Notes: generated by a model from the letters alone, not told the origin. 64,000 nt of DNA from Tubiluchus corallicola (GCA_030141605.1 JAQGDQ010000340.1:186001-250000), one strand, 5' to 3'; numbered from the stretch's first letter, positions 19,385 through 40,697 are shown. Made by a program: numbers and translations.

Positions 19385-19530
19385 TAACTCAGTGCTTTAC
19401 TTCGATAAAGACGCGTGCTTTGTCGAAGAACCAGCGGTACCATTTTTCAAATCTTTGATAGTACTCGGTCGAGGGTTGAACCCACGACCTCCCAGGTGGG
19501 AAGCGAGCACGCTGCCATTGAGCTACGCCA
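19385..19530 (-). mobile_element. tRNA-derived SINE fragment
   Basis: ggcgtagctcaatggcag (A box) ... gggttcaaccctc (B box), followed by a non-tRNA body (aaagatttgaaaaatggtacc). Confidence 0.6.
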
Positions 19531-20896
19531 TAATTGCATGCTGAATGAAAAACAAAATTTCCGTTTATACAGTCCAGATACATTTTTTCTTTTGTTTGTT
19601 TTAAGTCAACAGCGATTTCAAGGAAAAATCAACTTTTCAGAACTTTACAACATGACAACATGCTTTTTAACAGAACATAAAATGCAGTTTTCTTCCTGTA
19701 AAAAGGAATAATGTCTTCATGATCTACTAAAATGCTGATAGCACTAATTTAACCATTAATTTACTTTTCTGCTTTGATTAATTATCATATTTACAATCTA
19801 GTAATAAGAAATAAGAAAAAAGAAAAGTTTTTCCAACTAGTCACACGCATGTGCATCACGAAATCTGCCACATCATTTATTATTTTAATAACATAATTAA
19901 TCAATTATGAATGAAACATTCGTTCATTAGTCGATACTGTACTCTTTCAATTAGAATTTAGGAAAGGTACTGGGTGCCAAGAAACAGGTGAGTTCCTTTT
20001 ACTAGAAAAAAATATACGAAAACTAACAAACCTTTCAGAAGGAGTATTCATTTTAATTTTGAATAAAAAAGATTTATTTTAAGATCTGGGCGCCGGAGCC
20101 TTTTGATCTTTCTCAAGAAGGGTAGTGCAGGTGCAGAACTTTGCCTTTTTGATGGAAAAATGTGTGGTTATTCATGATCCAACATGATATACATGAATAT
20201 ACATGATATACATGAAAACCTGCATCTATTATTCATTTTTATTCGTTTTAAAACGAATATGTGAGAGCCAGGAGGGAATTGGGTGCCTTAGATATACCCT
20301 AGAGAAATTTGGGTAAACAAAATGTGTCCTTTTCACAAATGCTGCCCAGCAATGTAATTTGTTTTCGGCGCCCCTGATCTGGTGCTGCCACCATTCAAAA
20401 TTACAGGTTATTAATCAAAGCGAAAAACATCGCAGGAATTTCTCAGAGACTAAAGCCATGACTCATTTTTCAATAACTTTGCCGATCTTCGATTTCTGGG
20501 TTTATAAAGGGTTTATAAGAAATGGAAAAATAAATTAATTTATTAGAAAATTAGGAAAAACTGGTAAAACATGTGGTTATGCGTACATGTATATGAACGT
20601 GATACTTTTAGTTTGGAGGATCCATGATTTCTTAGCACCCTGTGTTCTTACAAATTTAAAAGTACAATCAAAAGTCACCAGCTAAATAACTTATTTAAAT
20701 TAAACCATAATTAATGTAAGCTCCACGTAAACAGAAGTATGCTTATGTACTTAAACACTAAACTTCTTTCACCAGATATATGTTATTACTAATGTTTTTA
20801 GTTAATCGTTTTAATAACTCTATTTATGTTGTAAATTATTAATTATTTCACAAGGTAAAGTTCTTGTCATTTGTACATAATTTTAAATGGTAATCT

Positions 20897-21560
20897 TTAA
20901 AGCACAAGAAAAGAGGCACCTGATGTAAGTTTGAGAAAAATCGCCTTGAAAATTATACTACTTTACAGCAACTTTATGCGTATATCATATTCCCGTTGGA
21001 AAGAATTTTCGTTTGTTTTCATTTTGAATCTCTCGCAATACTGTTCTGACGGCACCATTACATGACGTCACTACGCCACGTAAATCAGCGGAAGAAAAGG
21101 CAAATTATGACTCAAAAAACTTTCCGTGCAAATCTATATTACTTAGCATTTCACTTACCTGAGGGAAAGACTTATGTAACTAGACGAATAATTTAAAACG
21201 TTTGTGCCAATTGGTAAAACGTCGCTGACTCACCCTCCAGGGTGCGCCACACACTAGCCAAAAACATATTTTTAATCTTACTGACAAGATACAGTAATTT
21301 AAAATTTTAGTTAATTAGCAAGATGTATGATGATACGAATGCTCTGATTATTTTTTCAAACTTTACTTAATGTTATCAAAACTTGTTTCAAAAGACCTAC
21401 CATTAAAATGGCTGCGCCTAACGGTCATCGCGGGAGTTTAAATTTACAAGTTTTTTACAGCGTGACTGCCGATGCAAGCCATGCACATGAAAATGCAGTA
21501 TGTAACTGATATAAACTTTCGAGACGGATTTTTTTAGTGGATGATTTTCTTGTGCTTTAA
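20897..21560 (+). mobile_element. TTAA-TSD MITE family 1 (Kolobok-like termini)
   Basis: ttaa|agcacaagaaaa ... ttttcttgtgct|ttaa. Homologous copies at 24007-24679 and 54303-54923 (inverted), partial copies at ~30530-30990 and ~42840-43210. Confidence 0.8.
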
Positions 21561-22034
21561 ATTTATGCGTTTTAAAAATAAATTATTGGCAGCAAAGTGA
21601 TTTGGGTTTCTAATTTTCATTTATATCAATTAGTATAATAATAGAATTGTATCAACTACCTACTGAAATGTAACGACAAGTTTTTTTATTAATGCTGCTT
21701 TCTTCCATTCTTCTTTGTTTCGTCCATCTTTTCTCGGTTCTCATTTGTTGTTTTTTCTCTACTGCCGCTTTTGTCAAGGAAGAAAAGAGGAGACGTGCAC
21801 GAAAGAAATGACTCTCTTTTTGGTCTGCACAAAATCTACGAACCACTTTGAAATGGTATCAATTTTTGAAGAGATTGTTGAAAAGAAAACGTATAAAAAT
21901 TTCATATGCTGTATCTACGTGCAAGTGACACAAGGATCGGTGCGTCTATTAAACTTTATTGCGGTTTTTTGCCATCCGTGAGGAAACTCGCTGTTGCCAT
22001 GCTGTCGGTTTCTTCTTCTTTTTAATGAAACCAG

Positions 22035-28259
<6,225 letters not shown>

Positions 28260-28369
28260 GGCCGATTATCACGTTGGCGGAGCCGTTGCTGTTACCGTAT
28301 GCAATATCTGAAAGTGAAAACAACTTTGGCTAAAATTTGGCTGCCTACATGGCAAGTATTTACTATGCT

Positions 28370-28411
<42 letters not shown>

Positions 28412-28830
28412 GCTGTTGTAGTGACTGTCGTAATCATTCTCATTGTTCTTCTGGTTGTTGCTGTTGTTGCTGTAGCTATCGAATTTGTTATCATTGTTAT
28501 TGATGTTGTTGTTCTAGTTGTTGTTATTGTTGCTCTTGATGTTGTTGTTGCTGCTGTTGCAGTCACTGTCGTAATCATTCTCATTGTTCTTCTGTTGTTG
28601 TTGTTAATGTTGTTGTTGCTGCTGCTGATGTTGCTGTTGCTGGTGCTGTTGCTGCTGTTGTTGCTGCTGTTGTTGTTGTTGTTGTTTTCCTTATCGTTGT
28701 TGTTGTTGTTGTTGTTGTTGTTATTGTTGTTTTTGTTTTTGTTGTTGCTGCAGCTGCTGTTGCTGTTGCTGTTGTTGTTGTTGTTGTTGTTGTTTTTCTC
28801 ATTGTCGCTGTTGCTGGCGCCGTAATCTTT
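28370..28830. repeat. (GTT/GCT)n degenerate triplet repeat
   Basis: Directly visible. Confidence 0.9.
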
Positions 28831-29056
28831 GCCGCCGTCATATCATCGTCGCTGTTGTCATTATTCTTTTCGAATAAAGGGTCCCCTCTCGCATCATATT
28901 TATAGGAATACCTATTTTCCATATTTTTGCATATTTTTACAACCGACATGCATTAGGTGTATAATAATTGCCCGTTTACGCCTGCAGTCATAATTAAACT
29001 GCTTTTAACTCTAACTGGAATTCGGGTCATCAAAATGGGAAATAAAAATTTTGCTT

Positions 29057-29198
29057 NNNNNNNNNNNNNNNNNNNNNNNNNNNNNNNNNNNNNNNNNNNN
29101 NNNNNNNNNNNNNNNNNNNNNNNNNNNNNNNNNNNNNNNNNNNNNNNNNNNNNNNNNNNNNNNNNNNNNNNNNNNNNNNNNNNNNNNNNNNNNNNNNN
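29057..29198. other. Assembly gap (N run)
   Basis: 142 N. Confidence 1.
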
Positions 29199-29238
29199 AA
29201 AAGGACAGCCGCATTTCACAGCCGTCTCTGTGAATCCC

Positions 29239-30090
<852 letters not shown>

Positions 30091-31099
30091 ATTTCATTCA
30101 GAATCGCTTCCGATTGAATTAGATTGGTTAAACTAAAAAAGCTTCGTTCACACTGAATCTGGATTCCCCATGGCCCCATCCACTGTTGTAGACCAATACA
30201 CATCCACACGGAAACTCCTCTTCCTCCGTCGACCCACAGCAGTTACAATCGTCAATAAAACGGCGATGCTTAATCATCCATCCATCCTAATGGAATCATT
30301 AGCCAATAAAACCGTCCTCCAATAAAACAGCTTTGTGGTTATTACGACTCTGTTTCATAGTTCATTAAATTATTATTACTAAATTTTACCTCGCAGCCAC
30401 TTAACTCATAAACAGTCAAATAAAATCCGAATCGACGGCCGAATCGTAGAGTGTAGTACAGTGCAGAGGTTAGCTTTATCGCCTTTCTTTTTTGCTCGCT
30501 GTTTCCCTCCCTCTCAACCGAACACAAGGGGAAGAAAAGGGAATTTTAAATTTCATCCCAAAAACATCACTTACAAAGTTATAACTTAGCATCACGCCTA
30601 CCTGTTTAAAAGACTTATGTAACTGGAAAAGAAAATTCTTAATAATTTAAAATGTTCGTGCCAACTGGTAAAACGTCACTGTATCACAAACCCAGTGTGC
30701 ACCATTGACTCACCAAAAATATAATTAACCCTCTCTGACAACATAAAGTGATTTGCACGTTTGCTTACTTATTGAAGAGTGTGCTACGAATGCTCTGATA
30801 ATTTCCTCGAACTTCACTCAATGTTATTTAAACTTGTTTCAAACCATCAAAATGACTGCACCTAACGGTCATCGCGAGAGTTAAAATTTACAAGTTTTAT
30901 ACAGTGTTACTGCTAACGCAAGCCCTGTGTGCAGTAAGCCAGTATGTAAGTGATATAAAATTTCAAGACGGATTTTTAAGCGCTTACCTTAAAAAATCGT
31001 TAAAATTAAAAGAAGTAAAGCCGTGCATTAAAAGACTTTCTTGTTCCACAAATGTGGAAGTTCTACGTGTTCTACCCATATTCCCGTTTTCTTTTTCAA

Positions 31100-31553
31100 T
31101 TAAAGGACAAGAAAATGGCCAACCAAAGTAAGCCTCAGAAAATTGACAATAAAAATTATGTCACCTAAGTATAATCTTAAACGAACAAAGTACTCGTTTA
31201 CTCCAATTTTTGTAAAATATTTCAGCTGTTGCAATAAACGTTGGCGCAGACATGTTTCATTTAGTCCGCCAATTGAAAAGTCAGCACGTGACTGATCACG
31301 TGGCATGACATCACTCGAACACAGTCGCAGTGAGTTCTGAGCACGTGTACTATTAAGATTTGTGTTCTGGTTCTGCGACGCCATCTAATATGGCGCCGCC
31401 GTTACAGTCTCGCGGGAGCATTTAATATGAAAACAAACAGGAAATTCTTTTTAACGTTAGTATGATAAATGATTAAGATTGCCTCTAACCGTTATAATTC
31501 TTTAGCGAAAGTTTTCTGAGACTTGCTTTAACTAGGCCTTTCCACGTTTTTAA
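31100..31553 (+). mobile_element. TTAA-TSD MITE family 2 (same terminal motif as family 1, different interior)
   Basis: ttaa|aggacaagaaaatggccaacc.... Inverted homologue at 53506-53968. The shared pseudo-ORF STRAQNSLRLC appears at both loci. Confidence 0.75.
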
Positions 31554-33485
31554 GACAGTAAGCTCCTGCTTAAGTTCCAACCGGTAGCCTTTATAGACAG
31601 AAAATCAGAAGAACAGACACCGAAGTGCCTGATAACAGACAAACTTCAATTTGTGTAAGAAATTTAAAGTTTTGTTGCCTGCTATATCTTTAACACAAGT
31701 CCAGGAACTAAAAATGAAACGCTTACACAGTCATTTTAAATGACACGTCACACTTTTTAAGAAAATTTTTAAAAATTTCAAGTAAATGATCATCTTTGAC
31801 AATTTATTGCTAATACGATAGTTGTAAAAGTTATGTGCGTGTGAGTAAAGAATGTGTTAACCTGCTGAGAAACTAAAAACAGATGATAACACCGAGATTA
31901 CTCAATAGTTAATCATCAGCATTATCAACACGATTTGATCTCTTTCTGCAACAGCATAAAAATCTACTTAAAAACCCTCTAGTAGGTCTAACACTCTCAG
32001 CTCTAGAAGCAATATCTTCCTGGACTGAACGCACATGCCCAGAAACATGTGTCTCAGTAGATGACATTCTTCGAAAGTATATTCTGTCTTGTCCAAAGTC
32101 ACCACTTCCTCGAAGTTCACTGCTTCTGCGATGAACAACTCCTCTCCCTTGGTTGTCGGTTTGAGACATATTCTTACACCGTACTGTTCACTCGACTGTA
32201 TACGCCTGGAGCTGATGCGTTTTTTGTAAAACATTTTCAACTACTGTAAGGTCAGTGAAGCACATACAGTACACTTCGTGTTCGAAACTATTGCTGTCCT
32301 TGCTACATAGTCTCGTCATGTTAACGTACTTTCCACGTTTTTATTATAATCCACTTTGCACGTAACACTTTCTTTTCTCTTAAACGTTTTAATCTGTCTA
32401 ATGGCGAAATATGTAACAGTAATATTTCTTGAAGCATATAGTTGAACAAGCAGTCACTGTTGTGCTTTGCAACCACAAGCCTAATTTGAAAAACTCCACA
32501 TATGAAAAAATTCAGTAACCCGTTTATACAGTAATGTATGTGAGTATATTTATACAGTCCGTGACTCTTTCAGTTTCCTTGCAATGCATTGGATTTCCTT
32601 CCAATAAATGTTAACATTTCATGTTTCAATAAGTGTTGCTTTCGAGTGTTCTCCAAACGAATTTTCTACCCCAAATGAATCTTTTTCAATGTTCTTTTTT
32701 CCTTGTCTACCTTTTGTTACTATATCTTCTACTTGTCAGTCCACAGTTTTACTGATATGATAAACAAGAGTCTCAAAATCCTGCGAAAATGCTAAAAGCG
32801 TTCTACCTTTAGAAGGAATTAACAGAAACGTTCCCAAAAATGAATTAGTCGGTAATTATAATTGACAATGTTTTGATAATGTTTTAGTTGATTTCTTTGT
32901 TCTACAATTGTTCTTTTTGTCAATTTACGCAAAGTGTTACCTAAATGTTGTTCCGAACGAAACTATTACAATAAAAAGAACGTTTTAGGAGGAAATTTTC
33001 GAAAAGTTTACAGCCGTTTGTTTCAACCGAAAACTGGGAGGAATAGATCTTTTGATTGCTCATCTGCAGATAACTCTGTAAGGCGGTTTATTTCGCGGTG
33101 TTGTACTCTTTGTTCTTGTAATACAAAACCTCGCCATTTTGCAATGTGAGGCTTACTAAATTTTTGCAAATTTTGGATTCCTTGGCAACTGTAAACGCGT
33201 ATAGATCTGCTGCTTATTACCGCCATTTCGGCAGCAGTAGACAAAGACAGGGTAGAAAGTTCGAGAATAGTAACCGTCATTTCAGGTGCAGCGCCAGTGT
33301 GTTGATTCGATTGTGTTAATTTGACTTTATCCTCATATGATACTCTCGTGTAATTGAATATTATTGTAGCAAAACTTTGTTACTGTATTTGTATAATTTC
33401 AATAATTCGTTTTCATAATTTTTGTGTTAGCATATCCAAGATCCTTGGAATAGCATATCTGATGTTAGGATCCTATTTCATATGG

Positions 33486-33705
33486 CAACTTGATACCTCT
33501 TAATTTTTATTAGTGTAACAATTTTGTGACAACTTGATGCTTCTTGATTTTTATTAGTGTAACAATTTTGTAACAACTTGATGCTTATTAAATTTTATTA
33601 GCGTAACAATTTTGTGACAACTTGATGCTTCGTGATTTTTAATAGTGTAACAATTTTGTGACAACTTGATGCTTCTTGATTCTTATTGGTTTAACAATTT
33701 TGTGC
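33486..33705. repeat. 44-bp tandem repeat x5
   Basis: caacttgat at 33486, 33530, 33574, 33618, 33662. Confidence 0.85.
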
Positions 33706-34489
33706 CTTCTTGGTACTTCTTAATTCTTATTAATTTAGCAATTTTAAAATGTGGAATTGAATTGTTCTACAGTTGGTATTTGTTTTCGGTATTTTGCAGT
33801 TCCTGTTTACATTGCAGATACTTGACACGTGGTACCTTTTGTATCTTATATTACTACACGTTTACATTCTACGCTGGGCATCCTAGGTCTGTAACATGCA
33901 CAATGGACATGATGGACAAGTGATTGACATGATTGACAGGTGATTGCGCCAGTGTATTGATTCGATTTTGTCCCTTTTTACAACTCGTCACTGTAGCTAA
34001 TTTTGTGTTACGCATTTGGCGCTCCATAGTTTCGTCCATTTTGTCCAGCTTTTGAATTTAGTAAATTGCAATTTTTGTGATATTTTAATCAGTTTTACGT
34101 ATTGTAGCAGAAAGCAAGAACTATGTAGAATGTTCGCTCAGTATTGATCGTCAGGGGGCGGATTTAGTAGTGTTTGTCATTTCACGCACTTTCAACATGT
34201 AGCATTTAAATGGTTTTGTTGTTGCTGTTGTTTTATGGCATGGTGTGGGTGGTGTGAAGTGGATTGTGTGAGATGTTTTTTTTAAATATTGTGACGTCAC
34301 AATAAAGCACGATTGCAGAAGCATTGCTGAATGAGTTAAAAGAAGGGCATCATCTGAAACATAGCATTACTAAAATTTGTACATTTTACAAATACGTGCA
34401 AATCCCTAGTAACCCAATACTCAATACTTCGCATTTAGGCATTAGTTTGCTTATGCAATGTACTCAATACTTCGCATTTAGTCATTAAT

Positions 34490-34755
34490 CAACAACACTA
34501 ACAGCAATGACAACAGCCACAGCAGCAGCAATAGCAACATAATTAGCAGCAGCAACAACAGTAACAGCGACAGCCGCAACAACAACATCAATAGAAGTAG
34601 CAGCCGCAACAACACTAACAGCAATGACAACAGCCACAAAAGCAGCATCAGCAGCAATAGCAACATCAGTAGCAGCAGCAATAACAGCAACAGCTGTGGC
34701 AGCAGCAGCGACAGTAACAGCGACGTCCGCAACAACAACAACAGCAGCAGAAGCA
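34490..34755. repeat. (AAC/AGC)n degenerate triplet repeat
   Basis: Directly visible. Confidence 0.85.
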
Positions 34756-35782
34756 GCTAGTGGAAACACAGACTAAAGTTGCAGTCTGAGAGTCAAAACA
34801 TTGTAACCTTGTGGTAGGCTTTGCACAGGGAAGCTCCGCCCACATGTGTAACTCAAATTCAAAGAGTTAATAACTACAGTTGTTCCTTTTATAAAACAGC
34901 AGTAGTACAGCTTTCAGCGAAACTTGAACTCATTTAAAGAAAAACAGAATGATCTTTCATATCCTATCCCGTTTTGAATTACGACAAATAGCAGACATTT
35001 TAACACGTATAATAATGCTAAAGTGTTTCTGATAATTAAAATGGGTTTAAAACGTAATTAACAGTGGGTGATGACATCACAACCTTGCACGACCTTTCGA
35101 ACGTGTGCTCTACGTCACAACCGAACAACTATCAACTGAGAGGTACAGCACCAATTTTTGTGCAACGGGTTTTCGAAATTCCGGCGCTAATGCCCGTCTA
35201 ACTATTTAAACGTATTTAACACGTGGCTGTACGAACGTGAAATGGTTTCTGTGGTAATAATTCTTTCATGTAAGTCATTGTTGAAAAAAATGTACGCTAA
35301 TTTTCAATAGTTTGTAGAGTAGGTTGTTTTGAGATATAGTTTCAGATTAGGTGAGATTTTCTTCATTTTTCAGAACGCTCTGTTTTAACCCTAACTGCCT
35401 GGAAATCATATTTCTTCTGCGCCACTGGCAATTTTCAAACGCACTGGTTCGAAACCGAATGCTACAAACTTGCGAAATAAATTGAAGTTTCGCGACAAGA
35501 AACGATTTTGCAATCCTGATTCTCTGTTTCAACTAAATGTGTCCATTCTTGCTGCTTAAAAATTTATTAAACTGGAAATGTGAGGGTGTTTCGATGAGTA
35601 ATTTCGATTAAGCAGGAAAGTTCACACAGTTTTAGCCGAGTTACTGCAACCTAAGATTTCCAGCATTGCGTAACTTGCACAGAAGTTGACAAGACACTTA
35701 CGCCCATCACGCCAGTTACCCAGAACAAAATTCTCAACTAATATATCATGTAAGGTATGACCATCGCACAAATATAATTTAC

Positions 35783-36340
35783 TTGTCTGTTAAAACTCTT
35801 AATGTGAAAGAAATATATGACATGTATCGTCTTCATTTCATGTATCAGTATCATAATTCACTACTTCCACCAGCTTTTCAGTCATACTTTAGTCCAGTTT
35901 CAAATCAACATGATCATTACACAAGATATTCAGTCGAATACTATGTACTCCCTCTTCCAAAAACAAATATAACGAAACAGTCATCAATATATAATGCTAT
36001 TAAAATATGGTCATCAATTCCGCGTGAAATGAAAACTCTTAATCTTTATCAATTTAAAAAAGCATCAAAAAATTACTTACTACAACGGTAGAATCAACTC
36101 CCAATTTTACTCATCCTGATCTTAAGTTACTAACAAAACTTATTTTGTTCTAATGTACGTTATAACTGATGAAAATACTACGTAATGTTAATTGTCAATT
36201 GTTTCACTTATCTATAGGAGGACTCCAAAGCTCAATGCTCCTTCTTCCTCGTCACAGTAACTCGCATAGTTTATTTACTTTTTTTCAATATAATATCACT
36301 TTGTATATATGTTTGTGCTGCTGTGGAATAAATTCATGAT
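35783..36340 (+). mobile_element. 5'-truncated non-LTR retrotransposon (CR1/L2-group ORF2 C-terminus plus 3' UTR)
   Basis: FMYQY...LP..F..YF....QHDHYTR ... AIKIWSSIP...FKK..KNYLL matches the typical C-terminal HxYxTR and KxWNxLP motifs of these LINEs. AATAAA near 36327. Confidence 0.7.
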
Positions 36341-37592
36341 TCAACAGTGACGACGCGCAGCTAAATGACCGGAGAACAAATTCCTTGTGGTATTCGTCTG
36401 GAAAATGGAGCACATTGTTTTCTATGGCGCATTTTACGGTGAGCACGCGCGACAGAATCTCTCGTGAGGAATTCTGCTGCCAGCTAGACGTTATGCGTCC
36501 TCCTCGTGAGGAATTTTCGGCCACATGGTAGAAATACGTGTTCCATTTTCGTGAGGAATCTTCGCGAAATTCAGTCTTTAATTTAACTACTCAATTACTT
36601 CTTTGTTATTTAACGAACAACAGGTAACATATTTCAACACAGAATTTTACAAAAAAAACATTCTGCTCTCACATGACCATGACAAACATTATTAATTTTA
36701 CTTTGTATATGATAAACACGGCAAGTATAAGTTAATATAGACATGGTTTTACGATATAAAACTAGCAAAGTAGCTGCAGCTAATTCGACGCGCAGAAAAA
36801 ACCGAGCGATTCCACTGTGAAATGAACCTTCTTGCTGCACGAAATTTCAAAAAAAAAAAATTCGGATTTTCTGTCAGATTCGGATTCCGCGCGTCATTTT
36901 TTCCTGCGTCCTCACTGTGAAATGGGCCTTAGTGGCTGCCACGCTCTAATCTTTTCATCCTCGTACAGGATGCTCCAAAAGAAACAACAGGGCTCTAAAA
37001 AGTTCTATCAGCATGCTAATATTACGTGATACAACGGTGCCTTTTTAAGAGATTATAACGGGGGGGATTTTATCCGAAGACACAGCAAGCAGTTGGGTGG
37101 TGAAAGGTGTGTAAGCTCGTCCAACAGAGGTCCGCCGACAGATGTCACTGCATTTGAGAACATTTTGAAGCATCTAAAAGATCTAAACGCACTTTAAGGC
37201 AGCTTTTTGTGTTCTGGAACAACTAAGTTTGGCTTAAGCAAATTTTTACCATGTTTTTTTAGATCTTGAATCACTACTTAAAACAATTTTTATCATTTAA
37301 TTCAATTCGCATTTCTTGCTACTTAACAATATAATTTCGAAATTTGTTGTCTAATGGTAAAATATTCTTATACCACGCCAATGTTAATATTAATAATTAC
37401 TGTGATTTACCTGAAAGTAAAAACATTGAAAAATAAACACAGACATTGGGTGGGTAAGGGGGACCTGCAGGGGGTATGAGGGGTTGCAGGGGCGGACCTG
37501 TATACATGTCCTAGAGGGCGATCAAGCACTTAAAATAAAGTTGTACAGCCTGTCATTGATTAAGGTAGGACTAAGACAAGGCAAGATAAGAG

Positions 37593-37749
37593 AAAGTTAA
37601 ATATTCGGGTAGATTTTTCTCTCTCCAATATAAACGTCGTATTTACCGTAAGAACGTATTTCCGAGTCTTTCTCAGTTCTCACGGTAAATACGACGTTTA
37701 TTTTGGACGTGAAACAAACAAAGAGAAATTTACACGAATATTTAACTTC
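37593..37749. mobile_element. Hairpin MITE-like element
   Basis: aagttaaatattcg...taaacgtcgtatttaccgt pairs with acggtaaatacgacgttta...cgaatatttaactt. Confidence 0.6.
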
Positions 37750-37849
37750 AGAGGTAACTAATTAGAAGTAAAAAAATCTTTATATATATAATATATCATA
37801 CTATAATACATAATATATATAATATAAAGTAATATAATTTAATATAATA

Positions 37850-38275
37850 TAATGTGATATAATATAATATAATATAATGTAATGTAATGTAATGTAATGT
37901 AATGTAATGTAATGTAATGTAATGTAATGTAGTGTAGTGTAGTGTAGTGTAGTGTAGTGTAGTGTAGTGTAGTGTAGTGTAGTGTAGTGTAGTGTAGTGT
38001 AGTGTAGTGTAGTGTAATGTAATGTGAGTGATACATATATATATATATGTATGTATGTATGTATATATTTGTACCAAAAGTACGAATAAAATTATATATG
38101 TATATGTAATGTAATGTAATGTGATACATATATATATATATATACATATATATATTATATATATATATATTAATAATACTAATACTAATACATACTAATA
38201 CATAATATTATGTACATACATACATAATACTAATACATAATACTAATGTAATGTAATGTAATGTGATACATATAC

Positions 38276-38328
<53 letters not shown>

Positions 38329-38365
38329 GTATGACATTACATTACATTACATTACATATACATAT
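37850..38365. repeat. (AATGT)n/(AGTGT)n/(AT)n simple repeats
   Basis: Directly visible. Confidence 0.9.
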
Positions 38366-38969
38366 ATCATTTTATTCGTACTTTTGGTACAATCACGTCA
38401 AATAAACAAACAGATCAACAAGCAAAATCACATTAATTAACAAGATTAGTAAGCAATGTGAATATATACAATTACATGATAGTAAGATACATTAATACGG
38501 CGTACAACTCATTCCTGTGAAACATCAAAACAATTACGATCTAGAGCCCATATAACTTCTTTAATGAAATTTACAGTCCGTATTTGTTCATCGCTAGCAT
38601 TACTTCTTACATCTAATGTACAAGAAAAAACTTTAGAAAGAAAATTTTAATTTGTGTAAAAAGTTTTGTACTCGTTAAAAATAGATAACAAATTATAACC
38701 CATTATAGAAGAGGCATGAAATCGAGAATTATGTGCAAAGAAAATGTGATTTTCACTATATAAGCAACTATGGTAAAATTTAACAAATCATTTTTGTAGT
38801 TTCTTAAGTGAGTGAACAATATCACATATAAAAGGAAGCCAGTGTCTGTGTGATTTAAATAGCAAATTCCAGAGTTTAGTATAAAGATTGGTTTATCAAG
38901 TAGGCATAGTTTATTATCTTCAGGGGTGGCGTTAGTTCTTTGGCTTGTGTTAAATTTTAACGTTCGGGC

Positions 38970-39682
38970 CCTGCTAATTAGCGTCAAGTAGCATTGGTGA
39001 GTTTAAAAGCGTCACATTGTATCAAGGAGCGTCAAGGATAAGCGTCCAGAGCGTCAAGAAGCATCAAGGCTAAGTTTTAAGCAAAGACAATGACGAAAAG
39101 GCATCAAAGCATTAGCATTTACTGCATAATTCTCTCAGAAATAATAGGACACAAACTCTTCATGTTATTAAGCTTTTTGCTGCTTCTTTACGGAGGAGCA
39201 GCAAATGCACTTTATAGATCACTGTACGCGTTAAATTATAGTAATATTGCAAATTTATTTGATGGAGATTAATATCAATTGGAAATTTCATTTACGGCTG
39301 TATGCATAGATTTGTGAATTAAATAGTGTAGCTTTGTTAGCGGACACATAACCGCATCATTGTCATTATCATATAGGTAAAATATTTGTTTATCACATGT
39401 GTACAAATGCTTAGTAAATAGTTTTTTTCGCTTCATGGAGTTTACAACTAAATTTTGTATATCTGTGTATATCCCTTGTGCAGCTATGTTGAGTCAAATT
39501 GTTAGTATAATCTGGAAATCATTACCCGAGCTCTGCCCGCTGATAAAACCATCGGGTATGCGTCGAGTTTGTAATTCTCATGTTGGAAATTTGATTTTCA
39601 GAAATAAAATATCTATCTATCTACCTACGTTTCCTTGATCCTGCTTGACGTCTTTGACGCTGCTTGACGCTAATTAGTAGAA
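38970..39682. mobile_element. MITE with GCGTCAAG-rich imperfect TIRs
   Basis: ctgctaattagcgtcaag ... cttgacgctaattagtag. Confidence 0.5.
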
Positions 39683-39750
39683 CTTTTGCCGTCAAAGCCG
39701 ACTATAAAAACTATTAATTACTATAATTTCCGAAAAATAAGTTTACTTAC

Positions 39751-39960
39751 CTGTGAAAATAATGGTAAGAACACGACGAGTCAAAGTATCTAATCTAGAT
39801 TATTTTCTCACAAATAGTTTAAAAAAGTTTCCAAAATGTTTCCTTGATTGACAATACGTGCAGGAATTCACAATGCGGTGTTGTGCTAATTAAGAAGCAA
39901 TAAGTGTCTAATTTGCGTTTTCCCAAAAGGTTTGGAAGAATCGAAATTTCCCACCGACGC
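39751..39960 (-). other. Candidate non-coding first exon of the CCAP-type gene
   Basis: Consensus donor cag|gtaagt at 39751/39750 in unique sequence, upstream of the acceptor at 28308. The 5' end and the link to gene C are unverified. Confidence 0.25.
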
Positions 39961-40224
39961 ACTTACATCCCACAGCAAGCTATATGCGTGCTTACAGGTA
40001 CGTATATGAACGTGGCTTCAAACGTGCGTGAACAGGTAAACTTTTGGCTTCCAAGCGGCACGACGCAACAATAAGCTCAGGGGAACTCTAAGATTGGCTT
40101 CAACTAATACAAGGTGTTATTTTGATGCATGAAGCCATGTCAGTGTTGACGAGTGTCTCAGTCTAGACATGACATGACAGGTTTTAAAGGCTTATGTTTA
40201 CCAGCTACAATAAACAAACATGGA

Positions 40225-40666
40225 AACAACAACAACATCAACAAACAACAACAACAATAATAGAAGTGGCAAGTGCAAAGGTATTGACAACGACAATAAC
40301 AAGAACAACATCATCGTCAACAACAACAACAACAATAGCAACACCAGCAGTAACAGCAACAACAACGACAACAATAACAGCATCATCATCGTCAACAACA
40401 ACAACTACAACAACAATAACAAGGGAAACGATAAGCGTTTCTTAAACGACAATAACAATAGCAACAGAAACAGAAACACTTATATCCATGAAGACGACGA
40501 CGACGACGACAACGATGACTACAACAACAACAAGGGAAATGATAAGCGTTACTTAAACGACAATAGCAATAGCAACAGAAACAGAAACACTTATATCCAT
40601 GAAGACGACGACGACGACGACAACGATGACTACAACAACAACAACAACCACAGCAGCAACAGCAGC

Positions 40667-40695
<29 letters not shown>
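40225..40695. repeat. (AAC/GAC)n triplet region with internal ~115-bp duplication
   Basis: aagggaaa.gataagcgtt...gaagacgacgac occurs twice. Confidence 0.85.

Positions 40696-40697
<2 letters not shown>

Noticed and set aside
19470-19530. tRNA genes (also tRNA-like bits at ~5175, ~15150, ~50980, ~55015)
   Set aside because: Only A/B-box remnants with no complete cloverleaf. Embedded in SINE/MITE bodies.
30120-30330. GC-richer - strand stretch with an RRRKR motif as an extra precursor exon
   Set aside because: The frame is bounded by stops with no convincing splice sites, and it lies upstream of the precursor's start codon.
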